Below, in pieces: positions 32,173-45,200 of a DNA stretch of 46,086 nt; the first letter of the stretch is position 1; every line of letters begins with the position of its first letter. Origin of the DNA: Rhizaria sp. SCN 62-66 (lineage: Eukaryota); NCBI GenBank assembly GCA_001724265.1, contig MEDY01000053.1, positions 62,001-108,086 of the forward strand, in the 5' to 3' direction. The notes under the pieces are model-generated. The model worked only from the letters and a program-made list of their open reading frames with translations. It was not told the origin of the DNA and did not search any database. Made by a program: the position numbers and the translations under genes.

Positions 32173-35100
32173 GACAGCGACGAGGAGGACGCCGCCAAGG
32201 CCAAGCAAAGCAAGGCTGCCAAGACCAAGTCTAGCGCCGGCTCCAACGTGATTGAGCGGACCGTGATCGACCAGGAGCTGCTGAACAACCCGAACAAGCG
32301 CGCGATGCGCTTCGGCGACTCCGACTCGGACTCGGACGACGCCGCTGCCGCCTCCTCGCTGAACAAGCTCACCGTCAACAAGGAGTACGGCGAGAAGTTC
32401 GAGCGCGAGAAAGCCAAGTCGGCCTTCTCCAAGGAGACGCAGCGCACGCTGCAGCAGCTGCAGCAGCAGGTGCGCTCGCAGCAGCGCGAAGAGGCGCGGC
32501 TGCAGCGCAAGATCCGCTTCGCGCAGCGCTACGAGGAGCGCGCGGCGGCGGGCGAGGACCTGGCTCTCGAAGACGAGAGCCTGCCCGAGGGCTCGAGCGA
32601 CGAGGAGGACTACTCGAGCGAGGACGAGACGGGCAAGCTGATGGACGCCGATGTCGAGACGGGCATCTTCAAGGCGCTGCATGCGATCCGCAACAAGGAC
32701 AAGAGCATCTACGACAAGAACGCGACCTTCTTCAAGGCGCCTGTGTCGGACGACGACGACGAGGACAGCGACGCGACGGCCGCCAAGAAGGCCGCCGAGC
32801 GCAAGCGCGAGAAGAACAAGGTCACGCTGGGGTCTTTCCTGGCCGCGCAGGCGCAGACTGGCGGCGACGGCATGTTTGCTGACGACAGCACGGGCGACGA
32901 GGCGGCGGACCACGAGGAGCGGCTCGACGACGGCGAGCGCGACATCGCCCGCAAGGACGCGCAGCGCCTCGCCAAGGCGCAGGGCAAGGCCGCGCGCGCC
33001 AAGGCCCTCGCCGGCGGCGACGCCAGCGAGAGCAAGGAGGGTGGCAGTGGCGAGCTTAAGGCCGTGCAAGGCGGCGCCGAGAGCTACATGGAGGAGCAGG
33101 CGCGCCTGAAGCGGGAGTTCTTCGCGCAGCTCAAGGCCGAGGAGGCGGCCAAGCTGCGCGCCGACGCCACCAAGGCCGCCCTGGGCGCCACCCTGTGCGG
33201 CGAAGCCGGCGACAGTAGTAGCGACGAGGAGCTGTTCGGCAAGGCGCGCGTGGTGTTCGATCCGCTGGCTGAGGCGGCGCGCAAGCGCGGCGCGCTCGAC
33301 GGGCCCGGCGACAGCGACGGAGAGCTCTCCGACGCCATCATCGGCTCCGACTCGGACGACGACGATGGCGCGGACGGCGGCGAGGGCAAGACGGCGATGT
33401 CGCTGGCGCTGGCCAAGGCGCGCAAGCAGGACCGCGCGCGGCGCACGGCGATCAAGGAGGCCTCGGACGAGGCGGCCATGAGTCAGATGCAGTTCCTCGA
33501 GTCGTATCTCACGCAGGGCTGGTGGAAGGAGGGCGCGGCCGTGCCCGACGCTGACAAGGTGCTGGGCAAGGCGCGCGGCAACGCGCTCATCAACGGCGAG
33601 CACGAGCTGGAGGAGGACGACGACGCGGCTGAGAGCGATAACGACCGCTTCGAGGCTGAGCGCAACTTCCGCTTCGAGGAGCCCGGCGCCAACGAGCTGG
33701 CGCTGTACCCGCGCGCGCACCTCATCACCGACTCGCTGCGCATCGGCAAGGAGAGCCGCAAGAAGGCGCGGCAGCGCAAGGCGGACCGGCTGCGCGAGGA
33801 CAGGGAGCGCAAGATGGAGGAGATCAAGCGGCTCAAGAACGTCACCAAGCGCGCCATGGTGGACCGTCTCAAGGCCATCTCGGTCGTCGCGGGGCTGGCC
33901 GACCAGCTCGACGATGCGGCGCTTGCCAGCGATGCGGAAAGCGACGCCGAGGCCGACAAGAAGAGCAGCGGTAAGCTCATGTCGCAGCAGGAGAAGGAGG
34001 ACCGCATGCGCGCCAAGATGGCTAAGCGCAGCGGGTTGCTGTCGCTTGACCTGACTGGCGACTGGGACCCGGCTGAGTACGACCGCCAGATGGCCACGCT
34101 CTTCGGCGAGAGCTACTACGGCGCCGATGACGCGGCCATGGGCGGCACCAAGAAGGACAAGAAGAGCAGCGACGGCGACGACGAGGACGACTACGACAGC
34201 GACGACGAAGTGGACGTCGAGGAGCAGAAGCGCGCGACCGGGCTCGAGGTGCAGCGGCTGCTGGGTGAGATCGACGCCAAGACCGAGGCGCGGCTCAAGC
34301 GCGAGGCCGCCGACGCCGAGGCGCGCGTGGCCGCCGCGGGCGGCTTCGGGGACGACTCTGACGAGGAGGAGGGAGAGGAGGAGGATGAGGCCGCGTCGAT
34401 CCGCAAGGCCAAGAAGAAGCAGGCAGAGACGGCGCAGCTCGTCGCCACGCAGGTCCAGAAGCAGACCATGGCCACCAAGAAGTTCCTTCACCGCCAGGTA
34501 TGTGTATTGCGCGGTATTGCGCGGTATGATAGGTCATTTAACAGCTGTGTAGTATTGATTTGCTATATTCATCATGTATAGTCGTACTATATTCTTCGAT
34601 AACTATGTTTTTCGAATTGATTTTGTCGCCTTAACTTCAACTCTTGCTAATATCAGTCTCTATTCTTTACAATTCTTGTTTCGCTCACTGCGTTTACAGG
34701 TCGAGTCGCTCTTCGACGCCGACGGCGACCAGGAGGCGATCGCGTGGTGGAGCAAGGAGAAAGAGCGCCTTCTCAGCGGCTCGGGCGAGTACGCGCAGCT
34801 TAAGGGCCTGCGCGGCTACGAGAAGGAGCAGAAGATGAAGGAGATCCTGAAGGTCCAGATGGAGAAGCTCTACGACCTTGACAAGTCGGACGTGGTACGT
34901 TGCACATCGAATACTGTTCACGCTCAAATGACAATAACAATGGCTTCAATTCTACTTAAAACCAAATCCTCTTTGCTACTCTCATTAGCCAACGTGGTCT
35001 TGATACGACGTTTTAGATGCTGTATGCTCATGGTTCTTTTCCTTTACATATATCATCTTGCATTGTTGCTTACATAGCTCACCGGCTCGCGCTTCCAGTA

Positions 35101-35824
35101 CGAGGCCGTGCCCGCGCGCGACTACGGCATGTCGGTCGAGGAGATCCTCAATGCCGACGACGGCGAGCTCAACACGAAGCTCTCCATCAAAAAGCTTGCG
35201 CCCTACCGCGAGGACAACGACGACAAGCGCTCTTGGCGCGAGATCAAGAAGGCCGGCTCCATCAAGCGCAAGCTTGCCAACGGCGACGAGGTCTGGGAAG
35301 AGTACGTTTTTACCTATCATCTTGTGAAATCAATAAGTCCAACTTTGTATCGCAATGCTATCGTGTCTCATAACGTAATGTTTTCCTGTCGCTCACCTGT
35401 CATCTCTTCCTTTCATTCTCACCCTCACTAAATCCCCCACAGCAGCCCGGCGTTGTCGTCGAGCAAGGTCCACAGCAGCCGCTACACCGGTGGCGCGGGC
35501 TACACGCGTCCCGCGCCCGGCCCCGACGGCCCCGCCTACCGCCCCAACAACACCAGCGGCAGCTCCGGCGGTAGTTACGGCGGCAACAGCAGCAGCGGCG
35601 GCCCGGCGTGGAAGCGGCCCGCGGGCGAGTTCCAGAGCGCGGCCTCCCGCGGCGGCGCGCGCACTTTCACGCTCGACCCCCCCGCCCCTCGGGCCGGCGC
35701 CGGCGCAGGCACAGGCGCAGGCGCCAGTGCCAGTGCCAGTGCTGGTGCGGGTGGTGAGAGCAAGAGCCGCAAGACGGGCTTCATCGCCTCGGGCCCTGCG
35801 CAGAACACCAAGGTCAAGTTCTGA
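31792..35824 (+). CDS. KRI1: KRI1 40S ribosome biogenesis factor; exons 31792-34497, 34700-34894, 35078-35301, 35443-35824 (~1168 aa)
   Basis: LTVNKEYGEKFE, IFKALHAIRNKDKSIYD..TFF, FLESYLTQGWW, FEAERNFRFEEP...YPR...SLR...RK..R, DWDPAEYDRQM..LF...YY, and the Kri1 C-terminal motif RFQYEAVPARDYGMSVEEILNADDGELN...IKKLAPYR. Introns keep the frame. Stop TGA. Confidence 0.92.
32137..32170 (+). repeat. (AGC)n microsatellite encoding poly-Ser in KRI1
   Basis: ggcagcagcagcagc...agcagtagt run. Confidence 0.85.
34498..34699 (+). other. Spliceosomal intron 1 of KRI1, 202 nt
   Basis: CAG|GTATGT...tttacag|GTC; phase 0. Confidence 0.85.
34895..35077 (+). other. Spliceosomal intron 2 of KRI1, 183 nt
   Basis: GTG|GTACGT...tacatag|CTC; leads in frame into LTGSRFQY. 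Confidence 0.85.
35302..35442 (+). other. Spliceosomal intron 3 of KRI1, 141 nt (144 nt with the distal NAGNAG acceptor)
   Basis: GA|GTACGT...cccacag|cag|C; phase 2. Confidence 0.8.
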
Positions 35825-36077
35825 ATGGGCGAGTAAGTTTAGCAGAGCCAAAGATGTAACTAAGCAAGAAATTGGTCGGTGTAGTAGTGTTAAGTTATAA
35901 CATGACAACCCAGTTACAATGAGCGATATAACTTAGATCCACCATAATACAAATGAATAATGCATTCAACGGACGAATAATGAATCATAAAAGGTGTAAT
36001 TATCTATTGATGTAAACTATTTAATCTCTGGTTGTCAAATCATGTTACTCCTAACGATACTGCTGTCGACATTAGTC

Positions 36078-36216
36078 TCAGTACCCGAAAGCCCCGTAGT
36101 TGCTCCGCGGCGTCAGCGCGCTCGCACCAGCGCGCGCCAACGGCGTCCCGCCAGCCGCCCCAGCTCCGGTCGCATGCGCGCCCGACTGCGGCCGGCCGGA
36201 CCCAGGCCCGCTCGAA

Positions 36217-36251
<35 letters not shown>

Positions 36252-39200
36252 TGCAGCCGCGGCGGCCGCGGCGGCGAGGGCCATGTCTAGCGCGGACGCG
36301 CGCACGGGCGTGGCCGCGCCACCGCCGCGGCTGCTGCTGCGGGGGCCGCTGGGGGTGCCCGACCGCGAGTCAGCCACGCTGCCGCCGCCATAGTGGCCGT
36401 GGTGCGGAGCGTAGCCGTCGCGCACCGAGTCGCCGCTGCTGTCGCCGCCGCCGTCGCCGCCGCCGCCGCCATTGCCGTACCCCTGTCCGATCGAGGCCCG
36501 GCGGTCGCCCGCGCTGTCGCGGTAGTGTCCGTCGCGCAGACTGGCGTTGGCCGAGCCCGGGCCGCCGTAGCGGTGCATCGGCGCGCCCGCAGCCGCGAGC
36601 GCCAACGAGACACTGGTGCGCCGCGACGCCGCGGAGCCGAAGCCTGCGCCGACGCCGCCGCGGGGCGTGCTGGGCCCCGACTCGGCGGCCTGCGTGTGCG
36701 AGAAGGCCAGGATGTCGCCGCCGTCCAGCAGCGCCGCCAGCCCGCTTGCGCGCCGCCCGTGGAGGCCGCGCGTGCCGGCCTGGCCCGCCACCGCCGCAGC
36801 GCCCGCCGCCGCCGCAGCCGCTGCGGCCGCGGCAGCCGAGGACTGCGCAGCGAGGTTTACGCCCGGGACGTTGCCGCTCTGCCTGCGCATGCGGGCCGCG
36901 AGCGCGCGCTCCTGCTGCTCGCGCGCGGCCTGGTTTGCGCGCACGGCAGCCGTGTACTCAGCCTCGCTCTGCGCGGGCGCCGCAGTGCCGACCAGCTGCA
37001 CCGCGCGCGCCGACGCGGCTTGCACGGCGGCGAGCTCGGTCCGCGCCTCGGTCGCCTGCAGGTACTGCTGCAGGTCCTCATGCCGCCGCTGCGCCTCGAG
37101 CAGTGCGGCGTGCGACGCAGTCAGCGATCTCACGCCGCCCTCGCCCTCGCCCGGGGTCGCGCCGCCGAACGCGCCGTCGGCGTCGCGACCGAGCGCCGAC
37201 TGCGCCTGCGCCGACGACTGGAGGTTGCGGAGCCGGCGTGAGACAGCGGTCGGCGGCAGCGCGTCGGCGACGCCGCGCCGCGACGGACCCGGGCTGCCGG
37301 GCTGGTCGGGACTGCCGCCGCCGCCGCCGAAGCGGCCGCTGCCGCGCTTCTGCGGGCTATTGCTGCGGCTGCTGCCGGCCCCCGCCGCGGCGTTGGTGTC
37401 GCCCAGCAGACGCGCGAGCTCGTCCATCTCCTCCTTGGCGAGCAGCGCCGAGGCGCGCCGCTTGACGCCGCCCTCCACGGCCGCCGAGTCGGCCAGCAGC
37501 GCCAGCGACTGCCGCCGCAGCGCGGCCGCGCGCCGCCGGTTCTCGGACAGCTGCGCGTCGCCCTCGCCCGCGCCGTCAGCGCCGCCCGCGGCAGCTGCAG
37601 CGCTGGCGGGCGTGGCGAGTCCGACAGAGAGGGGTAGAAAGCGGCGCTCGCCGGCGTCGTCGCCGTCGTCGTCGTCATCATCCTCACCGTCGCCGCCGAA
37701 GCCGCCGCTGCCGCCGCCATTCAGCCCAAAGTTGATCCCAAGACGCGCGAGCAGCTCCCCGCCGGTCCGCGCGCGCGCACCGCCGATGCCGCCGACGCCC
37801 GCGGAGGCCGCTGCGCCGTCGGAGAGGTCCGCAGTGGCGAGGTCAATGTCGCCCCAATCCGTCTCGCCCCACATTCTCGCGCTCGTGCCTGCGTTGCGCG
37901 GTGTCGGCGCAGCCGAAGACGGGGCCAGGATGTCCGCCAGCGCCAGCGACGCGCCCTGCGACGGCGTGCGCGCGTGCCAGCGCCCGCCGCCCGCGCCGGG
38001 GCCGGCAGCGGCACCGCGCGCGCCGGCGACGTGCGACACGAGCGCGGCGGTACCATGCGCGCCCGCGGCGAGCGGCGCCGAGGGCAGCTGCGCGCGCACG
38101 GCCTCAATCTGCCGCCGCCGCAGCGCCGCCTGCGCCTGCTCGCGGTCGCGCTCGGCGTTCACGCCTGCAAGCGCGGTCAGAGAGAGCGAGAGCGGCATCG
38201 CGCCCATCGCGCCGTCAAGCCCGGTTAGCGACGCGCCCGAGCCGATTGTGGCGGCCGCGGCGGCGGGCGCGGCCGCGGCAGCGGCCAGCGCGGCGTCCGT
38301 CATGAGGTACGGGTTCTGCTGGTACTGCGCCTGGTTCATTAGCTGGTGCTGCGGCGGCGCGCTGTAGTCGCCGCCGTTGGCGCCGGCAGTGCGGAACACG
38401 TGGCGCACGCGCGCGCGTGTGGGCTCCAGCAGCATCGCCAGCTGCGTGCCGCCAGACAGCGCGGCCAGGGTCGCCGCGGCCGCCGCAGCGCCGCTCTGTG
38501 ACAGGCCAGCAGTGCCGCCGCTGGCGCCCGCGTTGCTCGCGGCGCCGCTCTTGTTGCGCTTCAGCTTGCCGGTACCAGTGTTGCTGTTGCTGGCGAGTGC
38601 TGCCGCTGAGACGGCTGAGGCGGCAACGCGCGCGGCCGCAGCCAGGTCCGCCGCAGCGCCGGCCCCGCGGCCCCTGCGGAGCGCGTCGCCGGCGTAGGCG
38701 TCCAGTTGCCGCTCCGCAGCCGCGTCCACAACGGCGCGCGGCGCGCCCGTGAAGGACTCCGCCGTCGCGCCGCTCAGCGCGCTCGCGTTCTCGGCCGCGG
38801 CGGCGGCTGCAGCGGCCGCGGCGGAGGCGGCTGAGGCCCGCACAGCGGCGGTCGCGGCGGCGGATGCGACGGAGGGCCCAGCGGCGTTGCCGGCTGCGGC
38901 GACGGCTGCCGCGGCGGCTGCCGCGGCCACGGCGGCGTTGCGCGCGGCCTGCGCGGCGACGGCCTGGCGCAGCGCGGGTCCGCTACTGGCCAGCGCGGCG
39001 GTGCCGGTGATTCGGGAGCCAAACTCGGCCCGCTCGCTCGCACCCGCTCCGTCGCCGCCGCCGTGGTAGGCGCCGCCGCCGCCGCCGCGGAAGGCGTCAT
39101 CTTCGTCGTCGAACAGCCCGCCGGCGAGCCCGGAGCCGCCGCGAGCTACCGAGGGGAACGGGGGGCCCGCGCCAGCGCCAGCGCCGGAGCTCGAGCCGGA

Positions 39201-42200
39201 GCCGGGGCCGGCGAGTGCGAGCACGGCGGGCACGTATAGGGTGTCCTTCGCGGCGGCGGCAGCGGCGGTAGCGGTAGCAGCGGAGGCGTTGGCGCCGACG
39301 TTGGCAGAGGCAGACGCCGCGGCAGCGGTTTTAACGCCCTTCTTGTTCGCAGCGTTGCTGCCGGTAATAGAATGGGCAGCAGCGTTGGCGGGCGCGGCCG
39401 CGGGCTTGGCGGGACTCGCGGCCGCGGCTTTTGTTGCCGCCGCCGCGGCCGCAGCGTCCACGGCGGCCGCCAGGTCCGCCTGCGAGTCAGCGACGCCCTG
39501 CATCACAAGCAGGTCCACCGAGGAAGTGCGCGCGTGCCGCGGCCGCACCACGCGGGCGCCCGCCGCGGCCTCCGCCTCGGCCGCCAGCGCCCCGCGCGGC
39601 CCCGCCGCCGCGCCCGACTGTCCGGGCGCAGCGGCCGCGGCGGGCGCGCACACGGAGGCCGCCGAGAGCGCCGCGCGCGCGAGCTTGACGGTGATGGGCC
39701 CCAGCGGCGTGCTCAGCGAAACCTCGACGGGCCCCGTGCCGCCGTTGCTGTGCCAGCCCTGCTGCCGCCTGCCGCCGCGCGCGGGCGCGGGCACGGACGC
39801 CGACTGCGCCGCAGCGAGCGCGGCGGCGGCGCGGCGCAGCAGCGCGGCCTCGGCCTCGCGCGCGGCGGCGCGGTAGCCAGCCGGCAGCGGCATCTGCGCG
39901 CCGGGTCCGACCTCGGCCGCGGCGGGCGCGGCGGCCTGCAGCAGCGCCGCGTTGGCACGCTCGGCGGCCGCGGCGGCAGTCGTCGCCGTGATCGCGCCCG
40001 ACGACTGCAGCAGCGCGACCGCGGACGCGGACGGACTCGCGCCCCCAAGCGTGTCGTTGGTGTTGTGGCTGTCGTAGCCGTCAGCGCCGCCATCGTCGTT
40101 GGGGCTGCTGGAGCTGGCGCTGCTGCTGGTGGGATTGAACTCGTCGTCGTCGTCGCCGTTGCCGCCCGCATTTCGCGCCGATGCAGCCGCGGCGGTGGCT
40201 GCGGCGGCAGCGGCGGCGGCTGCGCGCGATGCCGCGACGGCGCGCGGGCGCGGGACCCTGAGCCCGAGAGCCTGCGCGGCCGCCGCGGTATGCGGGGCAA
40301 CAACGCCCTGCAGCAGCGCCGCCGCGAGCGAGTACTGCAGCGCGCCGTCGCCGCCGGCCCCCGCGCCCGCAGTGCTGTCGCTCGCGGGGCGCGGGGCCAG
40401 CGCGGCGGTCAGCAGCGCGGCGGCGGCGGCCTCGCGGCCCGCGCAGAACACGGCCGCCACGGCTGCGGCCGCGGCCTCGGGGTCCGGCAGGAGGCCGCTG
40501 CCAGACGCGCGGGCGGCCCCGGCGGCCGACGCCGTGGAGTTGGCCGCGGACACGAGCGCTCGTTGTTGCTGCCGCGCCGCCGCCGCCGCAGCGTTCGCGT
40601 TGGCGCTGTTGTTGCCGGCGCCGGCGCTGTGCGCGTCCGCCGCGAAGGCCGTCAGCAGCGCCGTCACGCGCGGGGTCATGACGCAGTCCTCGGCCGCACC
40701 CGCGCCCACCAGCGCCGGCCCCGCCGCGCCCAGCCCCAGCCCTAGCCCGGCGTTGCTGGCCGCGGCGGCCGCGGCGGCGACGGCCGAGGCGGGGGGCGGC
40801 GCTGCGGACGCCAGCAGCGGCAGCCCGTTGATGAAGAGCCCAGCGCTCAGCGCGGCGGCCGCGGCGGTGGGCTCGGGCGCGGGCGCCGTGTCCGAGAGGA
40901 CGCCAGCTGAGTGCAGTAACCCCGTGAGCCCGACCATCCCGGCGGGCGCGGCGCGGCGCGTGCCGAAAGGGTCCGTGGCGGCCGCGGGCGGCGGCGGCGG
41001 CACGAAGGCGGGCGCGAAGAACGCCGCCGCAGGCTCGGGCGGGAACGACACGGGCAGCGCGTGCGCAGCCGCGGCCGTCACGTACACCGCGCGGGGGGCG
41101 CGACGGCGCCGAGTGCTCGCCGTCATACTAACGCTAGTATTGGCGCCCACCAACGTGGGAAAGCATGGATCGTGCCAGTCCGTGTATGCAGCCGAGTATG
41201 CACGGGAGAGTGCAGCCTGGAGTGAGAAAGAAAGCGTAAAATGACAAAATAAGAGTGAGTTGAAAAGTTCGTTCTATAATAAAGCCGCACAACGATGTTA
41301 ATGTTGAAATTTTGTGTTCAACGCACCTGGATCGCTTCCGACGCGGGCGCAGGCGCGGGCGAGGCAAGGGCGCTGCGCCAGAAAAGCGGCCCCGTGGGGG
41401 CCATCAGCGAGCGCGTCAGCTGCACCAACCGCTCGGGGCCCGTCAGAGCCACAGGCGCAGGCGCAGTCGACGCAGAGCCTGCACTGCTGTAGGTATGACT
41501 GTTGATGTTGGAGGAAGACGACGCGAGCAGCGGCGACGCCAGCATCCCCGACCGCGCGTGGTCAACGCCCGGGGGCGGCGACGGCGATGGAGACAAACCC
41601 TGCGCCTGTGGCGGGCCTCGTTGCGACGCGTTGGAACCCGCGCGCGACAGCCTGCTGCCAGCGCGCTGCAACTGCTGCTGCTGCAACTGCTGCTGCTGTT
41701 GCTGCTGCTGCTGGGCCTGCATGTACTGCTGCAGCTGCTGCGGCGGCACCGGCACCGCGGCGGTCGTCGCAGTGGCCGCGGCGGCCGCGAGTGCGGCACC
41801 GACCGGCGTGGCCAGCGCCGGCGGCAGCGCGGGCAGCGCGGGCAGCAGGTAAAGCGCCCACCACGCGGCCGCCAGCGCGGGCCGCCGCGTCGGCGGCAGC
41901 AGCGGCAGCAGCGCGGAGCTCGCCGCCACGCCGCCGGTCCGCGCCAGCGACGCCGACAGCGCAGTCGAGCTCGCGCTCAAGCTCTGCGAGGAGGGCGGGA
42001 CTGGCCCGGGGCCGGCGCCAAAGCCGCGACGCGTGAGCAGCGCAGTGGCGACGGCGGCGAGGGCGGCGGCGGAGAGCCCGCGCGGCAGCGAGCGGCGCGC
42101 GGGCAGCGCGGGTGCGCGGCGGGGACCCACGGACGCGGCGAGCGCGAGCGCGGGGGCCGGCAGCGGCAGCACGGACGCGAGCGCGCCCGCGTACGCACTG

Positions 42201-45200
42201 CCCATCGCACTGCCTGCATTGCCCGCACCACTCGCAGTGCTGGCGGAGGCGGCGCGCGCGGGGCGGATCAGACCGGAGAGCAGCAGCGCGGCATCGGACG
42301 CGCGCAGAGTCGGCGGCGGCGCGGCCGCGAAGGGCGAGCCCACGAGCAGCAGCGAGCCGTCGGAGCTGCCGTCGTCGTCGCCGCCGCCGCCGCCGCTGGA
42401 GCTGAGGCGCCGGAAGATGTCGTCGCCGAGCTCGGCGTCGTCGTCGGGGTCGTCGCCGTCGCTATCCTCGTCGCCGGTATTGCCGCCCGCGACGTTTCCG
42501 TCTGGAGAGTCGTCGTCGTCCTCCTCGTGCAGCCCACGCAGCCCCAGCCCCAGGCTGGCGCCGGCGATGCCGGGCACCGCGCCGGGGCCCAGGCGCGGCG
42601 ACAGGCGCGGGCTCAGGTTCAAGCTAGGCGCGGCGCCGGGCGCGGGGCCGGGGCCGTGCCCGGGGCTCAGCCGCGGGCTGCCGCGCGGGCTCAGCCGCGG
42701 GCTTGGGCCCTCCAGCGGCCCCGCCGCCGGCGCGCTCACATGGCCCAGCATGACGCCGGGCGCGACCGCAGCGGCGGCGCTGCTGCGGTACGGCTTGAGC
42801 GTGCGCGTGTGCGCCGCGCCCGTCCCCACCGTCCGCCTCACAATCGCGGCGGCGGCAGCGGCGGCGGCAGCGGCGGCGTCAGCGTACGCGTCGGCGTCAG
42901 CGGCCGCGGCGCCGTCGTCGCTGCCCAGCGGCGCGAGCGGGACCGCGAACGCGACGGGTCCGGAGTCAGTCGTTGACACTGCGGCTGCGGCGGCCGCGGC
43001 TGCGATGGCGGAGGATGCTGCGAACGCGCGGCCCGGCGTTGAGCCCGTGACCGCGGCCGCTGCCGCCGCCGCCGCGCTGGCCGCCGCGCCAGGCCCGGCC
43101 GCCGCGGCGCGCGACTTGGGCGCGTCCGCGGCGAGCGACTGTGCGGCCTGGTCGACAAGCGCGCGCAGCCAGTGCTCCTCCACGCGCCGGTGCAGCGAGT
43201 CGGGCGCAGTGAGTGCCGTCGCCAGCAGGCGCGCGCCCAGCAGCCGGCCCGCAGATGTGCGCGCGCGCGGCAGCGCCAGCAGCAGCAGCGCGAGCGCGCG
43301 CGCGGCGGGCGCCTTGACGGGCGCCGGCACGGTCGGCGACTGCACCAGTCGCAGCAGCAGCGGCGCCGCGCCGAGCTCCGCCGCGCGAAGCGACGCCGCC
43401 GACAGCACCGCCGTCAGACGCAGCGCGCCTGACGCGCGCGGCACCGCAGCGGCAGCAGCAGCAGAGCCAGTGCACGCTGCGGCGTTGCTGTTAGCCGCAC
43501 CAGTGCTGCTGCGCCTGGTCGCATCGCGGTGGGTGCCTTCGCTGTTGCCGTCGTCGTCGCCGCCGTTGTCGCCGCTGCTGCCAACAGCGCCGCTCGCGCC
43601 GCCGGAGCGCGTCGCGGCGGCCACCGCGGCGGCCGTGGCGGCGCGCACGCGCACTCTCTGGGCCGTGTCCGCGTCGCGCGCCTGCGCCAGCGCGTGCGCG
43701 ACGGCGGGCGCGGGCGCGGCGGAGAGCACCGCGCACAGCGCCTGCAGCGCGGTGATGCGCCGCAGCGCGCCCTGGCACACGGTCCACAGCGGCAGCGGGG
43801 CCAGCGGCGGCAGCGGGGCGAGCACAGGTGCAGACGCGTCCGCGGCCTTCGCATCCACAGCGTCGGCGTCGGCATCGGCATCAGAGTCGGATTCAGAGTC
43901 GATGCAGTCGCCCAATATCGCGGTGCTCAAAACAGGACTCTCCTGGCCCAGCTGCTGCTGTTGTTGAGCGCGGGTGTGCGCCCGGACCAGCGCCAGCGCG
44001 CGCTGATTGCGGCCGCGCCACACACGCGCCTCCGCCGCCAGCGCGCCCGCTCCAGCCCCGGCGCTCGAGCTCTTGTTTTTGGCGTTGACGCTGCTGCCGC
44101 TGTTGCTCGCGCCCGGAGTCGCGGTGTTGTCGAGCACGAGGACCGCCCCGGCGAGCGAAGTCGGGCACGCGAGCGAGAGCGGCGGCGGCGCGCCCGCGCC
44201 TCGGCCCGCGAGCGGCAGCCTATTGCGCTGCAGCGGCTGCGCGAGGATGTCGAGCAGCGCCTCAGTGACCACGCCCGCGAGGGAGAAGCGCACGGCAAGC
44301 AGCAGCAGCAGGTCCACGCCCGCCGCGCGCAGCCCCGCGTGCGGCGCGTCGAGCAGCGCCAGCGCGGCGTCGACGTGCGAGCTGCGCGGCCAGGGGCGCG
44401 CGCGCGCGGGCAGCAGCGCCGCGGCGTCCTGTGCGCGGTTCAGCCGCTGCGCCAGCGCCTCGGCCGCGCGCAGGGCGCTGTCGTGCGCCAGCAGCAGCCG
44501 CAGCGCGCGCGCGCCGCCGCCGTTCGCGCCGGAAGCACTGCCTGTGTGTTGCTGCCGCGGCTGCAGCGAGGGCGACGCGAAGGTGGAGGGGAACGGCGAG
44601 AAGCGGGACGGCGCGCGCGACGGCAGCAGCGACAGCGCCGCGCTTCCGCTCGCAGCAACAGCGTTGTCACTCGCCGAAGCAGCGGCCGGAGCGGTGGTGC
44701 CGGAACGCAGCAGCAGCCTGCAGAGCCGCCGGCCCGCGGGCGTCACAGCGCCGGGGCCCGCCGTGGTCGCGCTCGCGCCGCTGGCGACGTGCGTCGGCCC
44801 CGCAGTGACTAGCGCAGGCCCCGCGAGCGCGAGCGCCGAAGAACCGACATCGGCAGCCGACAGCGGGCCCCGCTGCGCGCCCGCGCCTGCGGCCCCGGAG
44901 CCGGCAGCGCCAGAGGCCGCGGCGGAGGCTGCGTGTGCGGGCAGCGCGGCGCAGAGGGGCGCGAAGGCGGCGCGCAGGTCGAACGTGACAAGCCCGGGCA
45001 GGCCCGTGGCGTCGGCCGCGCGCTGCAGCGCCGCCAGCAGCGCGCGCGCGCAGACGAGGCGGCACGCGGGCGGCAGCGAGGGCTGGCGCAGCGCCGCGCA
45101 GAGCTCGTCGTGCGCGTTGGTGTGGTACATGCGCCACAGCGCGGCCAGCGACGCGCCCGCGGCCGCGGCGGCGCCTGCCGCGCCGGGTGGCTGCGGCAGC

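Noticed and set aside
31744-34491. 915-aa antisense ORF over KRI1, and the many other overlapping ORFs in the track
   Set aside because: These are shadow ORFs caused by extreme GC and codon bias (few stop codons off-frame); they show no recognisable motifs.
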